Assembly: GCF_009914755.1 (NCBI RefSeq)
Contig: NC_060925.1
Length of the DNA: 64,000 nt
Reading direction: 5' to 3' (one strand)
Source: the human T2T-CHM13v2.0 reference genome, Homo sapiens
A program made the position numbers and the translations under genes. A model generated the notes under the pieces. That model made no database searches. It was not told the DNA's origin and saw only the letters and a program-made list of their open reading frames with translations. Each line of letters opens with the position of its first letter. Within the stretch, counting starts at the first letter, position 1. Below, in pieces: positions 15,711 through 31,514 of the stretch.

Positions 15711-16226
15711 AGCAGCGCCATCCGAAAGGAACCATCTGTGATGATGGAATAGTAACAGAAACTCATCTTACGTTATGATTATAGCAGACTATGTTAGGGC
15801 CTCAAAAATTCAAACTCAGAAAAACCTTGTCTCCTTAAGGAAGGGCATTTGAATTTGTGATGTTAGTATTTCCACCTATGGCTCTTTAACTGTATATGGT
15901 CTATCCAAGTCACAGTTTCACACTGCCCTGTGGATCCAAATATCCATGATTGTGGGTAGGAGACCTTTTCCGTTGATAACCTGATTTGGAGGAATTCTCA
16001 TGATAGGCCAGTCCACCCCACCATCCCTATCAAGCTATGGGAATCAAGTATATATCTTTATTTATGAGATAGATGACTATTCACATTGGTATATAAAAAA
16101 TGATGATCAAAGGAATAACTAGTGAGTAGTTGTTAATCTAGCCAAATTGGCTTAGTATATGTACTCATCTTTATATACCAACCCAGATTAGTATAATGCC
16201 AGGTTCATATTAGGTAAACAGTGAGT

Positions 16227-16787
<561 letters not shown>

Positions 16788-17094
16788 TCAATTTTTTTAT
16801 GCCTTGGTTTCTCCCTGCTTAAAATGGTAAAGAAAAACTTCACTCTTTCATTCAGCAAATATTTATTGCACACCTATTCTGTGCTAGACTTTCCACTGTG
16901 CACTATAAAAATGTCCACTGCAGAAATAAGGTATAGAAATGATTATGACACAGCTGCTCTCTCTAAAGAAGGAATAACATAACTCACTGAAAAATAATGC
17001 TAAAACAGTGTGTGATAAGTGCCATGAGAGAGGTATGCAGACCACTGAGAAGGGGTCCCCAGTTCAGTTTATTTATTTGTTTTTTTAGGATAAT

Positions 17095-17515
17095 GAGTAT
17101 TCTCAAATGCTTCTATGCACCTTTTGAGACGATCCTGTGCATTTTGTCCTTTATTGTATTAATATAATGCATTACATGTTATTGATTCTTTTATATGTTC
17201 AACCAACATTGTATTCATGGAATAAATCTCATTTGATCGTGATGTATAATTCTTTTTACATATAGCTGGATTTGTTTTTCTAGTATTTTGTTGGAAATTT
17301 TGAGAACTTTTGCATTCATATTTTATTCTGAAGTGTTTGATTTTTGTATTAATTTAAAAATGACCTCATAAAATGAAAAATGTTCTCTTCTATTTTTTTT
17401 GGAAGAGTTTGTGAAGGAGTAGGGCTGGTTTCTCTTTAAATGTTTGGGAAATTTCAACAGTGAGGCCATCTGGTCCTGAGCCTTTCTCTATGAATACTTT
17501 TCTGTTCCTGATTCA
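17095..17515 (-). mobile_element. Old L1 ORF2 fragment
   Basis: aaccaacattgtattcatggaataaatctcatttgatcgtgatgtataat and gtgaggccatctggtcctg are antisense L1 ORF2. Confidence 0.75.
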
Positions 17516-17569
17516 GTTTAAGATGGAGGTTGGATAAAGATTGGCCAGATGGCATGAAGCATGAACTTA

Positions 17570-17888
17570 TTTTTTTTTAATATTATTATTGCTATTATTT
17601 TTCAGACAGGTTCTCACTGTTGCCCAGGCTAGAATGTAATGGTGCAATCACAGCTCATTGCAGCCTTTACCTTTTGGGCTCAAGAGATTCTTCCTCCTCA
17701 GCCTCCTGAATATCTGGGACTACAGGAGTGCAATATCAAGCCTGGCTACATTTTTTTTTCTTTTACTTTTTGTAGAGACAGGGTCTCACCATGTTGCCCA
17801 GGCTAGTTTTAAACCCTTGGGCTCAAGTGATCCTCCTGCCTCAGCCTCCCTAAGTGTGGGATTACAGGCTTAAGCCACTGAGACTGGA
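17570..17888 (-). mobile_element. Alu (AluJ-type)
   Basis: Antisense dimeric Alu, diverged. Confidence 0.9.
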
Positions 17889-18470
17889 CAATAAACTGAT
17901 TTTAGGAGCAGTAAAACTTAGAGGAGAATTTTGAAGACAAATTTTTAGGAAATCCTCTCAAATAAGAAAAAAATGTCTCCATTGGTCTTTGAAATATTTA
18001 TTTGCATATTATTTAAACTTTCAAGAATAAAATTTCTATAAATCTCAAAGAATCATTGTTACTACTCTGTAGGGGACTTCTAGTATTCATTGCAGGAAAC
18101 ATCTTTAATTTGGACTTCATTTTATTGAACCCTACTGCAAGCGGGAAATTATCCTTAGAGCCATAGGGTTAGTTTACTTTTTACTGAAACCCTAGACTAA
18201 AACAACTGTGCTGTGTTCTTTGAATTTGGAATTTAGTATTTAGACTTCCCACTGGGCAAAGTAAAAATAGATGCAATTGGTGACAGAGTGGTGAACAATT
18301 ACAAGACATTATGCAATTCTCTGTTAATACAGCAAAACTAAATGAATGAGTCACCAAAATACAATCATTCTCTAGCAAGATCTTGAGAAGGTTCTGCAAG
18401 AAGCCAAAGGAACTTCATTAATGGTTTGCTCCAGGGGAAGAGTCAATAGTGATTATAAGCAGAGCAGAAA

Positions 18471-18487
18471 GTGCCATCTAGTGGTCC
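18471..18487 (-). promoter_or_regulatory. Candidate CTCF binding motif
   Basis: Minus strand reads GGACCACTAGATGGCAC, fitting the CTCF core CCASYAGRKGGCRS, in non-repetitive DNA. Confidence 0.55.
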
Positions 18488-18504
18488 TTGAGGGAAATAT
18501 ATAA

Positions 18505-18947
<443 letters not shown>

Positions 18948-19431
18948 TAGTTTTTTTGAGTTGCAAGTAATTCGTATCGTGCACATCATGATAAAGTGTT
19001 TGTAATTTCAAACTGTATTTGTCAGGTTCTTGCAGGTAGCAAGAACAGAGACACACTCAGGTGACCTCAGGTGATAAGAGTTTATGGAAAGGATGCCTAA
19101 GAAAGGAAATGTGGGAAATTGAATTAGTGGCCATATAACCAGGCCTTTTAGAGAATTGAAACAAGGGCTTCCTGTTCAAAACTATAGCAGTTATAATGAT
19201 CTAAAAGTCACTTTGTTTATCTTGTCTTCCTATCAGAGATATGGGTCATTGTGTCCCACTCTCAATGTTCCAACACAACACTAGCAGTTAGATACCTACC
19301 CTCTGGGCAAGAGACCCAAGATTTCTTCTCTGGAGAAATTAAACAGTCGCATAGAAAAGATCTCGCTGTGTGAATGTTCACTCCTCTCCAGGTAACTCCA
19401 AAGTAAAGCCTGCAAGTCATGGCTCAGTCTA

Positions 19432-19613
19432 TGTGGTTCTCAAACTTTTGCGTGCATTAAGATCACCTGAAGGGTTTATTAAACCAGGTTTCTCCATCCT
19501 ATCCTCAGAATTTTTGATTCACTAAGCCTGGTGAACCAGAAAATTTGCATTTCTGACAAATTACCAGGTGATGCTGAATCTTCTGGTGGGGGTAAGCATA
19601 TTTTGAAGAACCA
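19432..19613. mobile_element. MER5A hAT-Charlie MITE
   Basis: gtggttctcaaactt...atcacctg...aatttgcatttctgacaa..ccaggtgatgctga...ttgaagaaccac. Confidence 0.8.
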
Positions 19614-20685
19614 CAAACTTTTAAAACCTTCTTTCATAAACAGAAAAGGCAAAGAAGAATAACTATATATTTGGTGGGGCAGGATCAGGAGGGGACTTCA
19701 ACAATAAAAGAGAAAAAAATAAAATAAAAGTAAAGCCAGAGATATGGCAGGCAACCGAAGGGAATTAAAAAGAGGTTTGAAAACATATCAAATCCATTCA
19801 TACATTAAATAAATATTTATTGAGTGCAAATATGTGTAAGGAATTGTTCTAGGAGATGCAAGGAAGATAGCAGCAATGGTCTTCAAAGTTTGAGGGAAAA
19901 TGACTTTCAACTAAGCATTCTATACTCAATCAAACTGTAATTCAAGTGGAGTGGCAGAACAAATGCATTTTTAGGTGTGTAAGAGTGTATCTGCCCTGAA
20001 TGACTTATTTTTTCAGTGAAGTTTCATGAAAATATACTCCAGAAAAATGAAGAAGTAAACAAACAGGGAAAAAGGATGAGATTCAGAAAGGCAGTCTGAG
20101 AAAGTCCTTAGGATGATAATCATGCAAGAAGCCTGACAAGAAGCTTCTCTGAAAAAATGAAGATTTTATAGACAATCAGATCCCATAAACCTTAGAAAAA
20201 GGAGGATTATTATTATTCAATGCATTATGAAAAATACATTGTATGAACAAAAGAACAACAAGGAGAAACTCCAGGAAATCTATACAGGAAAGGAAATAAA
20301 ATTGTAAACTTCTTAGCTTCACAAATTCCTAAAGCTGTAAATGGAGGTTAACAACTTTAATAAAAATTTTATTATAACTGTGTTGGGAGGAAGATGGAGA
20401 GTAGATGGAAGACAGTAGAAGAGATCTAACTTCTTCATGTATTATAGAAAAATAAATGGCAAGATTAAAAAAAAGCAGCCTATTTTGAGAATTGATATAA
20501 ACAACCAAAATAAATAAAGGAATTAACAAGTGTTTCCCTTTAGAGAATGAGTTAGATGAGTGAGGAGAGATTTCATGGAAGAGTATTGCTTTTCTTTATG
20601 AGCCTTTGATCTTATTTTATTTTTAAACTATATTCATATATTACTTTGATAAAAATAAAAAATATTTTAGAAAATAAAATAAAAA

Positions 20686-21015
<330 letters not shown>

Positions 21016-22029
21016 TTACTGTAGGAATTTTCTTATATTAGGAAAATCTGTCTTAATTCTTTGCTTTATTAATTGAAAGTAGAAAGCTCTTTGTTCAGAA
21101 AGAAGATCTGACATTTATAAATTTAGTGTAATTATTGTCTCTTCAATCAGATTGGACTTAGAAAAATAAGCTTAGAAAAAAATACTGGGTACTAATAGAA
21201 TCTTGCTATGATATGCCTTGCCATGGTCTGGAATTTGATACCACATGTGGGTCATCTAAGGTTCTGTCTAAGTCTATTCAACAAATATTTATTGTGACTG
21301 TGTTGAATACCCGGCATTGTAAAGCTAATGAAATGTATTACTATTATTAAAATATTATTCTACCTATGTCAGTGTGTTTTCAGTGAGGAAATTAGAAACC
21401 AAGGAGTGGCATCCTCTGGATGGGGGACATTTCAGGGTCTTCAAGTAAGAGAAAGTGGTTTTTTTAGATGGAAAGGCTGCTTTTGATGGCAAGGGAAGCA
21501 CAGTGGGCTTGGTAATTTAAGATTCTTTGATTCATCTACATTTACTCAAAGTTTCCATTCCAATTCTGAGAGGCAGTGGTTTCAACTTCCACTGTGATCC
21601 TGCAACTCAAAGGACAAATGAATGCAGGGCTGAACACCGAAGATCAGCATCTGTTGGTAATGGGATCATTTGAATAGATTCTCAAGGAAAGCATCATAGC
21701 AAGCGTTGTATTGTGAAAAATTTTGAAGTAGTTTGGTAGAACTTGCTATTCCCTATAGAACTGCTCTTTGAAAAATAGTTGGCAGCCAGTTTTCTGTTTT
21801 TCTGTGCCCTATAACTGTAATGGCCACTTGTCCCTTCTTTGCTTAGACATGGCCCAAATTAAGCACCTCTTCTGAGATGTAATTCTTTATCATTTCTTCC
21901 TTGTTGCCCCCATTTCATCTAGTACCTTCTTTTATTATTGCAGATAATAACTGCAAATGCAAATTCAAATAAGCAAGTAAAATGAGGATATCTATTTTAT
22001 ATTTGATATATAGGGGATGGCCATAACAC

Positions 22030-22240
22030 TATGGTTAAGTGTGTGAACTCTAAACAGTTTGCTTGGCTTTATTGACTGTCTCTTCCACTTGCTAGCTATG
22101 TGAACAGTGGGCAACTAATACCTCTCTGGGTCTAAGTTTCCTTCTTTGTAAATAGTGAAAATAATAGTAACTACCTCTAATGTTTGTTGTGAGGATTAAA
22201 TGTGCTAATCGATGTAGCACTTAATAAATGGTAGCCATTA
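22030..22240 (+). mobile_element. MIR
   Basis: ccacttgctagctatgtga...ctctctgggtctaagtttcc...gttgtgaggattaaatg. Confidence 0.75.
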
Positions 22241-22965
22241 TAATTTAAGTAAGTTTACAATCAAATAAATACTGTATACTTAAAAGGTCATTTAATCTAA
22301 TTGTGAGACATTTCAGAGGAAATTTTATGGACAGTTGGCATTTGTAATACCTCTGTTGCAAACAGCAATGTTTCATTTACTGAATATCTAGTAAAACAAT
22401 TTACAAGACATTTTTAAAGTTTTAAACATCTGGATAATATCTTTTTATTATAAATATCAAACCAGTTATAAGATATATAGTAATATACTTTTTCTGGTAT
22501 CAAAGTTAGTAACTATTTTTTTTCCTCAACTTACCAACAGTTACTGAGTTGAGAATTTTGATTTAATTTTTGAGTCAATTCATTTAAATGATTTTACTTT
22601 GCCTTCCTCCATTTCACTAGTTGTTTGAACTGATTACATTGTTTGTCTATTTGTTGTTAGTACTTTGTGTTTTAAATTTTATGTAGGCAAAGCATTATTT
22701 TACAAGGCTGGGTTCAGTATGCATCTTGTCGGTTTCTAGAGACACTAAGATGAACAAGTCCCTGCTATCACAATGCTCTTAGTAATTATACTCATATAAG
22801 AAACGTTTTATATTTGAGCATGAACAATGGCTTAAGCCCTCTAGTTGGTGGGCGGAGGGGCGTGGAATTAAATACATTTGACAGTACTGAAGCTGCCTAA
22901 GCTTTTTTTTTTCCCTTTGTAAAATAAGAGTAATAATAGTATCTACTGCATACGGTTGCTTCAAG

Positions 22966-23590
<625 letters not shown>

Positions 23591-25040
23591 AAATCTTAAA
23601 TTAGGTAATTTAAGTTTGGGTTAAATTAGATAAGATTAGTTAGTACTTATCTAAAGTAATTCTAATGATTATTAATAACATAAAAAATCAGGTCAGCATT
23701 ATTAGCTTCTAAAACTATGAGTGAATTTGTATTCTAGTTTTCAGGCATTTTTGCAATTTTTGTTAGTGTTGCTTTATATGTGCACCTGGAAAAAATGGTT
23801 AAAATTGCCTGACAACTTAGGTTCTAGATTTCCATAAAATATTTTTTTGTAGACAGGCTTATGACAAATCACATGGCAGATTTATGTGATTAATTGTGCA
23901 TCTGTTTACTGTGCACCAAAGTGTACATGAAAACATTTGAGATAGTTTCTGCCATTAAGAAATATATAAACAAGTTGATGAGGCAAGAAACATACATACA
24001 ATGTTTGACCTTGAGTGACTTATTTAAACTGTTCTCATTTTCCTTATCTCACAACATATTAAAGTAACCATCAAATTCTATTGATTCTACCTCTGAAACA
24101 TTTTCCTTCCATTTCTCTCCACCTGTACAATTACTTTCCTATGTCAAGCCTTTTTATCTCAGCCTCTTTAGGGCTTCCTGCCCTAAGGTTTTTCCTTCCT
24201 TTCATAAGTGGTTTGATGTTTATAATAAAAAGATACTATCCAGATGTCTTCACACCACACTCAGTCTTCTAAAAGGCAAACCTGATCCTGTCCCTTCCCT
24301 CTTATAGCTCCCAGGGACTTCTCATTATGATAAAGTATAAACCTTGTTATTTGTCCTCAAGGACCTGTATAATCTCAATCCTCCATCACAGCCTCTTGTC
24401 AGACTGTGGGCCTGGCCTTATGTGAGCCTGTGGACAAGTTATATGTGTAGTGCCCAAAGGTCATGAGGATGACATTACAAGTTATCTGATTAAGGGAGAA
24501 CCAATTGGGAGGATGGGGTGAGACAAAAAGAATTTAGAAACCACGAAAAGCTTAAATAGGCTTTGCTAGGATATATATTTAATCTTAGGTGATCAGTACA
24601 TTTTTAACATAATCCTTACTTGTGGCTGGGGGTCTGGTGGGGGCAGGAAGCAGAAATAACTCCATCCTTTTTTTGGGGAGAAGACTGGCAGGAGACAGTG
24701 GATAGATCCAAACTAAGGAAGAGGCTGGGTTCAAGGCAGGGTACCATACTTTGGATATCTGGGTGTATATGCAAGGAAACTGAGGCTTGACACACACACA
24801 AAATTGCACAATGGATAAGCAAGTTGGATGGGTCTCACCCATGTATACAAAGTAAGGAATGTAAGACTTATTCCAGACCACAGAGACTATTGGATTTCAG
24901 TATATTCTTCTCCTAATTTGGTCAGAATTAGGGCAGGACATTAGACCCTGTAGGAACAAAGTCCCGTCCTGGAAGACTGAGAAAGCCAGAGTGTGACTTA
25001 TAAGACAAGATGTAATTAAATGTTCAAGTAATACAGATAA

Positions 25041-25358
<318 letters not shown>

Positions 25359-25614
25359 AAAGTGTCTTATTATATAAGAAGGAATCAGCAAGAATAGATT
25401 GCTGGGACTACCTTATGGGCATGATGGCCTTATTGAGAATCCGGATGAGAATGTAGGAGTCTTGAAAGTGGATAGGATTGAGAAAGAAAAGTGGCTCAGA
25501 GCAGTCTAAGGAATGTGAGGCGTGCAAAATTTATCAGGCCCAGAGAAACATGAGCATGAGACTTCAGTCACCATCCCCTCCTCAGGCCTTGCTATGTCCT
25601 AATATTTGTATTAG

Positions 25615-26545
25615 AGTAATTAATAACACTACAGTGGCCTCTAAGTGTTCAAGTGAAAGGAAGAGTCATAGGTGGCTCACTTTAAAAGCCAGAAAAGATT
25701 AATCTTAGTGAGGAAGGTATGTAAAAAACCAAGATGGGCTGAAAGTTAGACCTTTTGTGCCAGTTAGCCAAGTTGTGACTGCAAAGGAAAAGTTCTTGAA
25801 GGAAATGAAAAGTGCTATTCTGGTGAACACGTGAATAGTAAGAAAGTGAAACAGCCTTACTGCTGACATGGAGAAAGGTTTAGTGGTCTGGATAGACGAT
25901 CAAACCAGTGACAACAGTCCCTTAAACCAAAGCCTAATCCAGAGCAAGGTCCTAACTCTTTTTAGTTCTATGAAGAATGAGATAAAGAAAAGCTTGAAGC
26001 TAGCAGAGGTTGGTTCATGAAGTTTAAAGAAACAGGCCATCACTGTAACATAAAAGTGCAAGGTGAGGCAGCAAGTGCTGTTGTAGAAGTTGCAGCAAGT
26101 TATTCAGAAGATCTGTCTAAGATTACTGATGAAGGTGGCTACACTAAACAACAGTTTTAATGTAGACAAAACAGCCTTCTATTGGAAGAAGATGCTATCT
26201 AGGACTTTCATAGCTAGAGAGAAGTCAGTGCCTGGCTTCAAAGCTTCAAAGGACAGGCTGACTCTCTTGTTAAGGGCTAATGCAGCTAGTGACTTAAAGT
26301 TGAAGGCAATGCTCATTTGTTATTCCTAAAATCCTAGGGTCTTTAAGAATTATGTTGAATCTACTCTGCCTGCGCTTTAGAAATGGAACCCCAAAACCTG
26401 TATGATAGCACATCTGTTTGCAACATGGTTTACTGAGTATTTTGAGTCCACTGTTAAGAACTACTGCTCAGAAAAAAAGACTTATCTCAAAATATTACTG
26501 CTGATTGACAATGTGCTTAGTCATCCAAGAGCTCTGCTGGAGATG
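25615..26545 (+). mobile_element. Tigger1 transposase fragment (degenerate)
   Basis: Translates to ASKCSSERKS..LTL and [41 protein letters not shown], the Tigger1/TIGD1 pogo-family DDE transposase. Confidence 0.92.
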
Positions 26546-26873
26546 TGCTCAAAAGCATAGACAGCAAAAGCAAAAATAGACAAATGGGATCATATGAAAC
26601 TAAAAACCTTCTGTACAGCAAAGGAAACAACAGAGTGAAGAGACAACATACAGAATAGGAGAAAATATTTGCAAACTTTGCATCTGACAAGGGATTAATA
26701 TCCACAATTAAAAGGAACTCAAACTACTCAATAACAACAAAAACCCCCACAAATAATCCGATTAAAAAATGGGCAAAATACCTAAATAGACGTTTCTCAA
26801 AAGAAAATATACAGCCAGCAGATATATGAAAAAATGGTCAATATTATTAATTATCAGAGGAATGCAAATCGAA
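26546..26873 (+). mobile_element. L1MA-type ORF2 3' fragment (part 1)
   Basis: aaaatagacaaatgggat...ttctgtacagcaaaggaaacaa...atctgacaagggattaatatcc. Confidence 0.85.
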
Positions 26874-27727
26874 ATTTTCTTAAAAATTGATGAAATTATT
26901 TAATGACACAGGAAAATGATGTGTTATAAAACAAGCTGGTTACAAGTAGTGGGTAGAGGACGACTTAATTTTTGATAAAAAATTAAAAAATATGAACATG
27001 CATACAAAAATTCGAAGTTTACCTACCAAAATATCAATAGTATTTACTTCTGCTCAGTGATTAAATATTCTTCCCTTTGTTTTTGTGTCTTCTAAAAAAC
27101 ATGATTATTTATGAAACAAGAAGAAAAATGATATCCTGGAGAAAGAGTAAATTACTGTTTAATAACTGTTATTTAATAGTTATTGAGTTATTTAACAGTT
27201 ATTGTATGCCAGGAGTTAGGAATCTGAGAAGCCAAGCCAGGAGCCCAGCAGTCAAAGACAGAAACCCAGGACCGGTCCACCCAGGGTAGAAGTGATCAAA
27301 CTCAGAGGTGGAGCATTGTTCTTTTCTTTTCCTGCTGGAATGTTATTTACCAGACTGTTTCTTCTATATTTGATGTTTTCAGTGTACTCACATTTAATGG
27401 GATTCTATGATTAACCGGCATAACAGTGAAATGATGCTAGCAAAATTGGTTTTGAATTGCTACAAAATATACTATTTCGTAGTTATATATTACACAAAAC
27501 ACAGTGGAAATCAAGTTCCCCCAGAACAAAAAGCCCATCTGACTACATCACTGACTTTGCTGCTTTTTTTTTCCTGAACTTTGGTCATTTTCAATCTTCA
27601 CCACAAATCTATTTTTTGTTTCATGGTCCTGGAAGAGGTCATTTTTCTTACAAAGAAACTAACAATAATGTAAATTGGACATTGTCTGATGGCACTGCTT
27701 TAAGTCTATTCAAGTCAAAATCTAGGT

Positions 27728-28650
27728 AATGAGATATTACCTCACTCCAGTTAGAATGGCTATTATAAAAGAAAAAATAACGTGCTGATGTGGATGTGGA
27801 GAAAAAAGAACACTTACACACTGTGGGTGGAAATGTAAGTTAGCATAACCATTATGGAAAACACTATAGAAGTTACTAAAAACATTAAAACCAGAACTAT
27901 CATATGACCCAGAAATCCCACTGTTGGTTACATGCCCCAAAGAAATGCAATCAGTATGTCAAAGAGATATCTACACTTCCATATTTATTACAGCATTATT
28001 CACAATAGCCAAAATATGGAAGCAACCTAAGTTTCCATCAATGGATGAAAGAATACAGAAATGTAGTGTATATATATTTTTATATATATATGATTTCATA
28101 CTTTTTATAGCTGTATATACATACATACATATAATATACATACATATATTATATATATATACAGCTATAAAAGTATGAAATCTTGACATTTGAGGCAGCA
28201 TGGATGAACCTGCAGGACATTATGTTAAGTGAAATAAGCCAGGCACAGAAAGACAAATATCACATGGTCTCATTCATATGTGGAATCTACAGAAGTTGAT
28301 CTCATAGAAGTAGTGTAGAATAGTGGTTACCAGAGGCCGGGAGCATAGTGAGGAATAGGGAGAGATTGGGCAATGGTTTCAAAATTACAGTTAGATTGGA
28401 GAAAAAGTTCTGGCGTTCCATTATATAGTAGGGTGGCTATGATTAACAATAATGTATTGTATATTTCAAAACACTTAGAAGATTTTGAATGTCATCATGA
28501 CAAAGAAATGATAAACGTATGAGGTGATGGATATGCTAAATACCTACATTTTTACACAGTGTAAACATGTATCAAAGCATCACACTGTACCCCATAAATA
28601 TGTACAATTATGTGTCAATTAAAAACAAAATAATTGATTAAAAAAGAAAA
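27728..28650 (+). mobile_element. L1MA-type ORF2 end and 3'UTR (part 2)
   Basis: gagatattacctcactccagttagaatggct...aagccaggcacagaaagacaaata...ctgtaccccataaatatgtacaa, A-rich tail. Confidence 0.9.
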
Positions 28651-30316
28651 ATGGACAGAATTAATATAATTAATGTAATACATATTACAGCTAAAATATA
28701 TTGAGTACTTCTTACGTGCAAGGTGCTAATGAAGCATAATCTTTCTTAATTTTTATAATGACATCTATTTTACTGATGAGGAAACTGTGGGTCAAAGAGA
28801 TTAAATGACTTGTTAAAGCTCAAACACCTCCTGAGTAGAGAGATAGGATTCAAACTAATGTAGAATGGTAACAGAACTAGCTTCTGATAATGTAGTAAAT
28901 TGCTCTTTTGTGAATGACTGCAATCCCACAGGTGGAGAAGAGAGTAAGAGAGAAAAGAAATGGCAGTTCTCACTCTCTTTCTATTTTTAAGGAGTGATGT
29001 TTGAATGACACATTAGGGGCTGGAGTGGACCCTGGTTGGATGACCATTTGGTGATTTCTTCCTGGGAATTTGGAGGATGTTGAGAGGAGTTTATTAAAGG
29101 GTTGCATATTAACTCATTAACAAATGGCATGTGGAAATGAGCTTTCCCTAGTACTTTGAAGACCAGAAATGAAGAAAAATCTGTTACCCAAAATTAATTG
29201 CTTTTGCATCCACAATGTTAATATGATTAGTCTAAACACTGAAAGGTAATTAACCTGATTAAAACTCTTGGTATATCATACAAGTTAACCAGAGAAATTA
29301 TTTAGTTTAGGGAACAGTAAAGATTTTATTTCTAATTCAAGCACAGACATTCTATTTTTGATACCAAAATCCAGAAATATTTTGAGACTCTAGTATTGGA
29401 TTCTTGAAGATTATGTTTGTATGGCAAAAATGGAAAGATTTTGGGAGTGGAACAGAACATTTTAGCAATATCTGGAAATAGAGATAAGTATTAAAAAGTC
29501 CCTTGTTGGCTGATTTTTCTCTTCTCACCCCCACATCTTCTCTTTCTGGGAAGATCATGCTGAATGATTTTTAACAGTTTCAGTTAGATTCTTGAAAATA
29601 CACAGCTTACCTAAATGCATTAAAGTTCTTATTGACTCAGCACTATTGCTGAGACAACGTATAGTTTTGTGTCCCAGGGGTTCTGGAAATAAAAGTAAGT
29701 TTTCTGTACAGATTTTCTATTAATACAAGAAGAAATCTAGTAAGTGGTCTGTCTAAAAATAAAATTTAAGATGATTCACAATACTGGAAATCACAGAGCA
29801 ATAGAGGCCTACTGATTTACGAGGGAATTTATGATTTCCTTGATCAATTAATCTTTCTGCACAAAGAAAATAGGTTCACAATTTATTTCTGACTTAAAAT
29901 TCAATGCACAATAATTGTAAAAATTTTAAATGACACAAAAAACTAAAACTAAAAATGATCCAGTCACCAGATACCACCACTGTTAAAATTTTGGTGTATG
30001 TGTGATTGGAATGTCCATTTTGCCCTTTTCCTTTCCCTTTTCTTCTTGCCTAGGACACAGGTTTGATGTCACGAGGTCACGATATCAGCAGGCATCTAGA
30101 TCCTGAGGTGACAGGCATGAGGACATACGCCAGCATGGTACTGACAGTGGAGTGGGAAGACAAACAATCTGGGTCTTAGAGGATGTCATTGAGCCATTGT
30201 CAGTCCTGAACTGCCTATCTCCAGACTTCTTGTTGATGAGCCATATAAACCCTTATTTATTTAAGCAACTGCTAGCTGAAGTTTCTCCTACTAGCAAATG
30301 AAGGCATTCTTAACTC

Positions 30317-30722
30317 TCTTGGTCAGTTTGCACTGCTATAACAAATTATCATACAATGAGTGACTTAAACAAGGAATATTTATTCTACACAGTTCAACAT
30401 CAAGATGCTGGCAGATATGGTGTCTGGTGAGGGTCCTCTTCCTGTTGCATCCTCATATGGCAGAGGGCAGAGAGAGAGGATGCTTTCTTGTTTCTCTTCT
30501 TATAAGGGCACTGATATAAAATCTCATGTTAATATTTCCCAGAGTTTAGTTAATTGTTCCCGATTCATTAAGTAATCCATTCTCTCCCCCAATCCCATCA
30601 TAAGGTCTCCACCCTCCTGACCTTATTACTTTCCAAAGACCCCATCTCCAAATACCTTCACTTTGAGGATTAGGGTTTCAACATATAAAATTTGGGAGGG
30701 GACAAACATCCAGTCAATAGCG
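30317..30722 (-). mobile_element. MLT1A-type MaLR LTR
   Basis: ctgctataacaaa...caagatgctggcagat.tggtgtctggtgagggt...ggattagggtttcaacatat. Confidence 0.8.
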
Positions 30723-30807
30723 CTAACAGTTATCAAATCTCATGTTAATATTTTCCAAAAGATGAGTTATTGTTCCCAATTTACTGAGTAATCCATTCTC
30801 TCCCCCT

Positions 30808-31098
30808 ATTTTTTTTTGGAGACAGAGTTTCCTCTGTCATCCAGGCTAGAGTGCAGTTGTGTGAACTCAGATCACTGCAACCTCTGCCTCCCGGGTTCAA
30901 GCGATTCTCCTGCCTCAGCCTCCTGAGTAGCTGGGATTACAAGCGTGTGCCACCACACCTGGCTAATTTTTGTATTTTTGGTAGAGACAGGGTTTTGCCT
31001 TGTTGGCCAGGCAGGCCTGGAACTCTTGACCTCAGGTGATCTGCCCACCTAGGCCTCCCAAAGCACTGGGATTACAGGCGAGAGTGGCCGCCCCCTGC
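30808..31098 (-). mobile_element. Alu (AluS-type)
   Basis: Antisense Alu with TSD ctctcccccta. Confidence 0.93.
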
Positions 31099-31514
31099 CT
31101 CTCCCCCTAATCTTAAAGGCGTCTTTATTATAAACTAATTTCTGTATGCTCACATACCTGTTCAGGATGTTTTCTCTTCATCTGTCTGTTTAGTTCTACA
31201 GCACAGCTGAGCTGTTTTATTTGTGGACACTGACACTTCTTCCTTTCTCCCTCCCTGACCCCTTGGTTTGGTTAGTATGTACTTTGATTTCTACTTCCGT
31301 AGCAAAATTACTTTTCTTTTTTTTGCTTTATGCAGTGTTTCTTCCAAGAATCACAACTATGCAGACTGTTTTGTAGCTACAATTACTACAGTCATTTGGT
31401 TTTCACTCTGTGTTAGAACGGGTTTGATACTTATCACTTGTCCCCCTCTATGACCTTTTTGCATTACATTTTGGATGACATTTTTGCATTTTAGAGACAT
31501 TCATCTGTAAAAAA

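Noticed and set aside
26090-26329. TIGD1-like ORF
   Set aside because: Fragment of a decayed Tigger1 with stops and frameshifts, not a domesticated gene
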